IMG/VR virus record: IMGVR_UViG_3300047471_000162
Location: 32,001 to 96,000 of that record
Origin: a virus
Length of the DNA: 64,000 bases
Strand: one strand, 5' to 3'
Within the stretch, counting starts at the first letter, position 1. Each line of letters opens with the position of its first letter. This document shows, piece by piece, positions 63,484 to 64,000 of the stretch. The notes under the pieces were generated by a model. It had not been told where the DNA came from and ran no database searches. It saw nothing but the letters and a program-made list of their open reading frames with translations. Made by a program: the position numbers and the translations under genes.

Positions 63484-64000
63484 ATGGCGAACAAGAACTT
63501 GACAGGCATTTTTATCTGCTTTATCTGTAAGACATTGGAAGATCTTACAAATTATGATCCGGATGAAGCTGATAGGGATACTCGCATCGGTCTATTAGTA
63601 GAGAATCACATGCGTAGACATCCTTCTGTTGAGGATAAGAATGTAACGGATTGGGCTTCTCTAGGATCTGTTCCCACAGAGCATTGGGATAGCAAAGAAA
63701 CACGTAAGGAAATTACCAAGAAGATTCTTGAGGGTAATGGGCTTACTGGTTTTGACGCGGAGTTCTATGCGACATTGGATACGTTCAAGGCAGATGCTCT
63801 AGCTTGTTTCCAAGCGCATGGCAGACCAGCATATAAGGCTCCAGGATGTCAGGATTACCTTTCCAATTCTAAGGAATTGAAGCCTAATACTGCTATTGAG
63901 CGCAAGGCAGCTGGATTGCCTTCCTATGACGATGTCAAGGTAAAGCGATCCTTTTTATGCCAACATTGTCCATACCATTCTGATGCCATTTCCAAGATCC
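63484..64000 (+). CDS. Cys-containing phage protein, runs off the window
   Basis: AAGGA RBS; open frame with CFIC..CQDY..LCQHCPYH. Confidence 0.65.
   Translation, partial: MANKNLTGIFICFICKTLEDLTNYDPDEADRDTRIGLLVENHMRRHPSVEDKNVTDWASLGSVPTEHWDSKETRKEITKKILEGNGLTGFDAEFYATLDTFKADALACFQAHGRPAYKAPGCQDYLSNSKELKPNTAIERKAAGLPSYDDVKVKRSFLCQHCPYHSDAISKI

Overview
A 64-kb piece of a large lytic myovirus (contractile tail), almost certainly infecting an actinobacterium: it carries WhiB, an Rpf-LysM protein and actinophage-style minor tail proteins, although it is AT-rich for such a host. All credible genes are on the + strand. 1-30.8 kb is the virion module: portal, scaffold, N4-gp56-type capsid, neck proteins, two long repeat-built fibres, sheath, gp19-type tube, chaperone with a hidden +1 frameshift ORF, tape measure with two PG hydrolase domains, and baseplate. 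31-59.5 kb is replication, recombination and nucleotide metabolism: DnaC-like loader, DnaB, primase, SNF2 helicase, gp32-like SSB, PolA, class II RNR, RecA, Cas4-like nuclease, UvsY-like protein, ThyX, RuvC, a Pnkp/RlaP/RNA-ligase repair set, and many micro-ORFs. 59.5-64 kb holds SpoVS, DUF1003, small disordered or basic proteins and rpf. No terminase, integrase, tRNA or CRISPR array is visible. The most unusual signals are: (1) a shared N-terminal GWG-x-P peptide motif on four or five unrelated replication/recombination proteins; (2) a +1 UUU-CGA frameshift; (3) a dormancy/development toolkit (Rpf, SpoVS, WhiB); (4) a neck fibre ending in a GH114/GH135-like hydrolase; (5) terminator-promoter fusion hairpins; (6) a leftward promoter firing into a 23-bp palindrome; (7) about 10-bp-periodic patches hidden inside genes; (8) a candidate anti-Shine-Dalgarno sRNA. 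Family calls come from motif recognition by eye, not from database searches.
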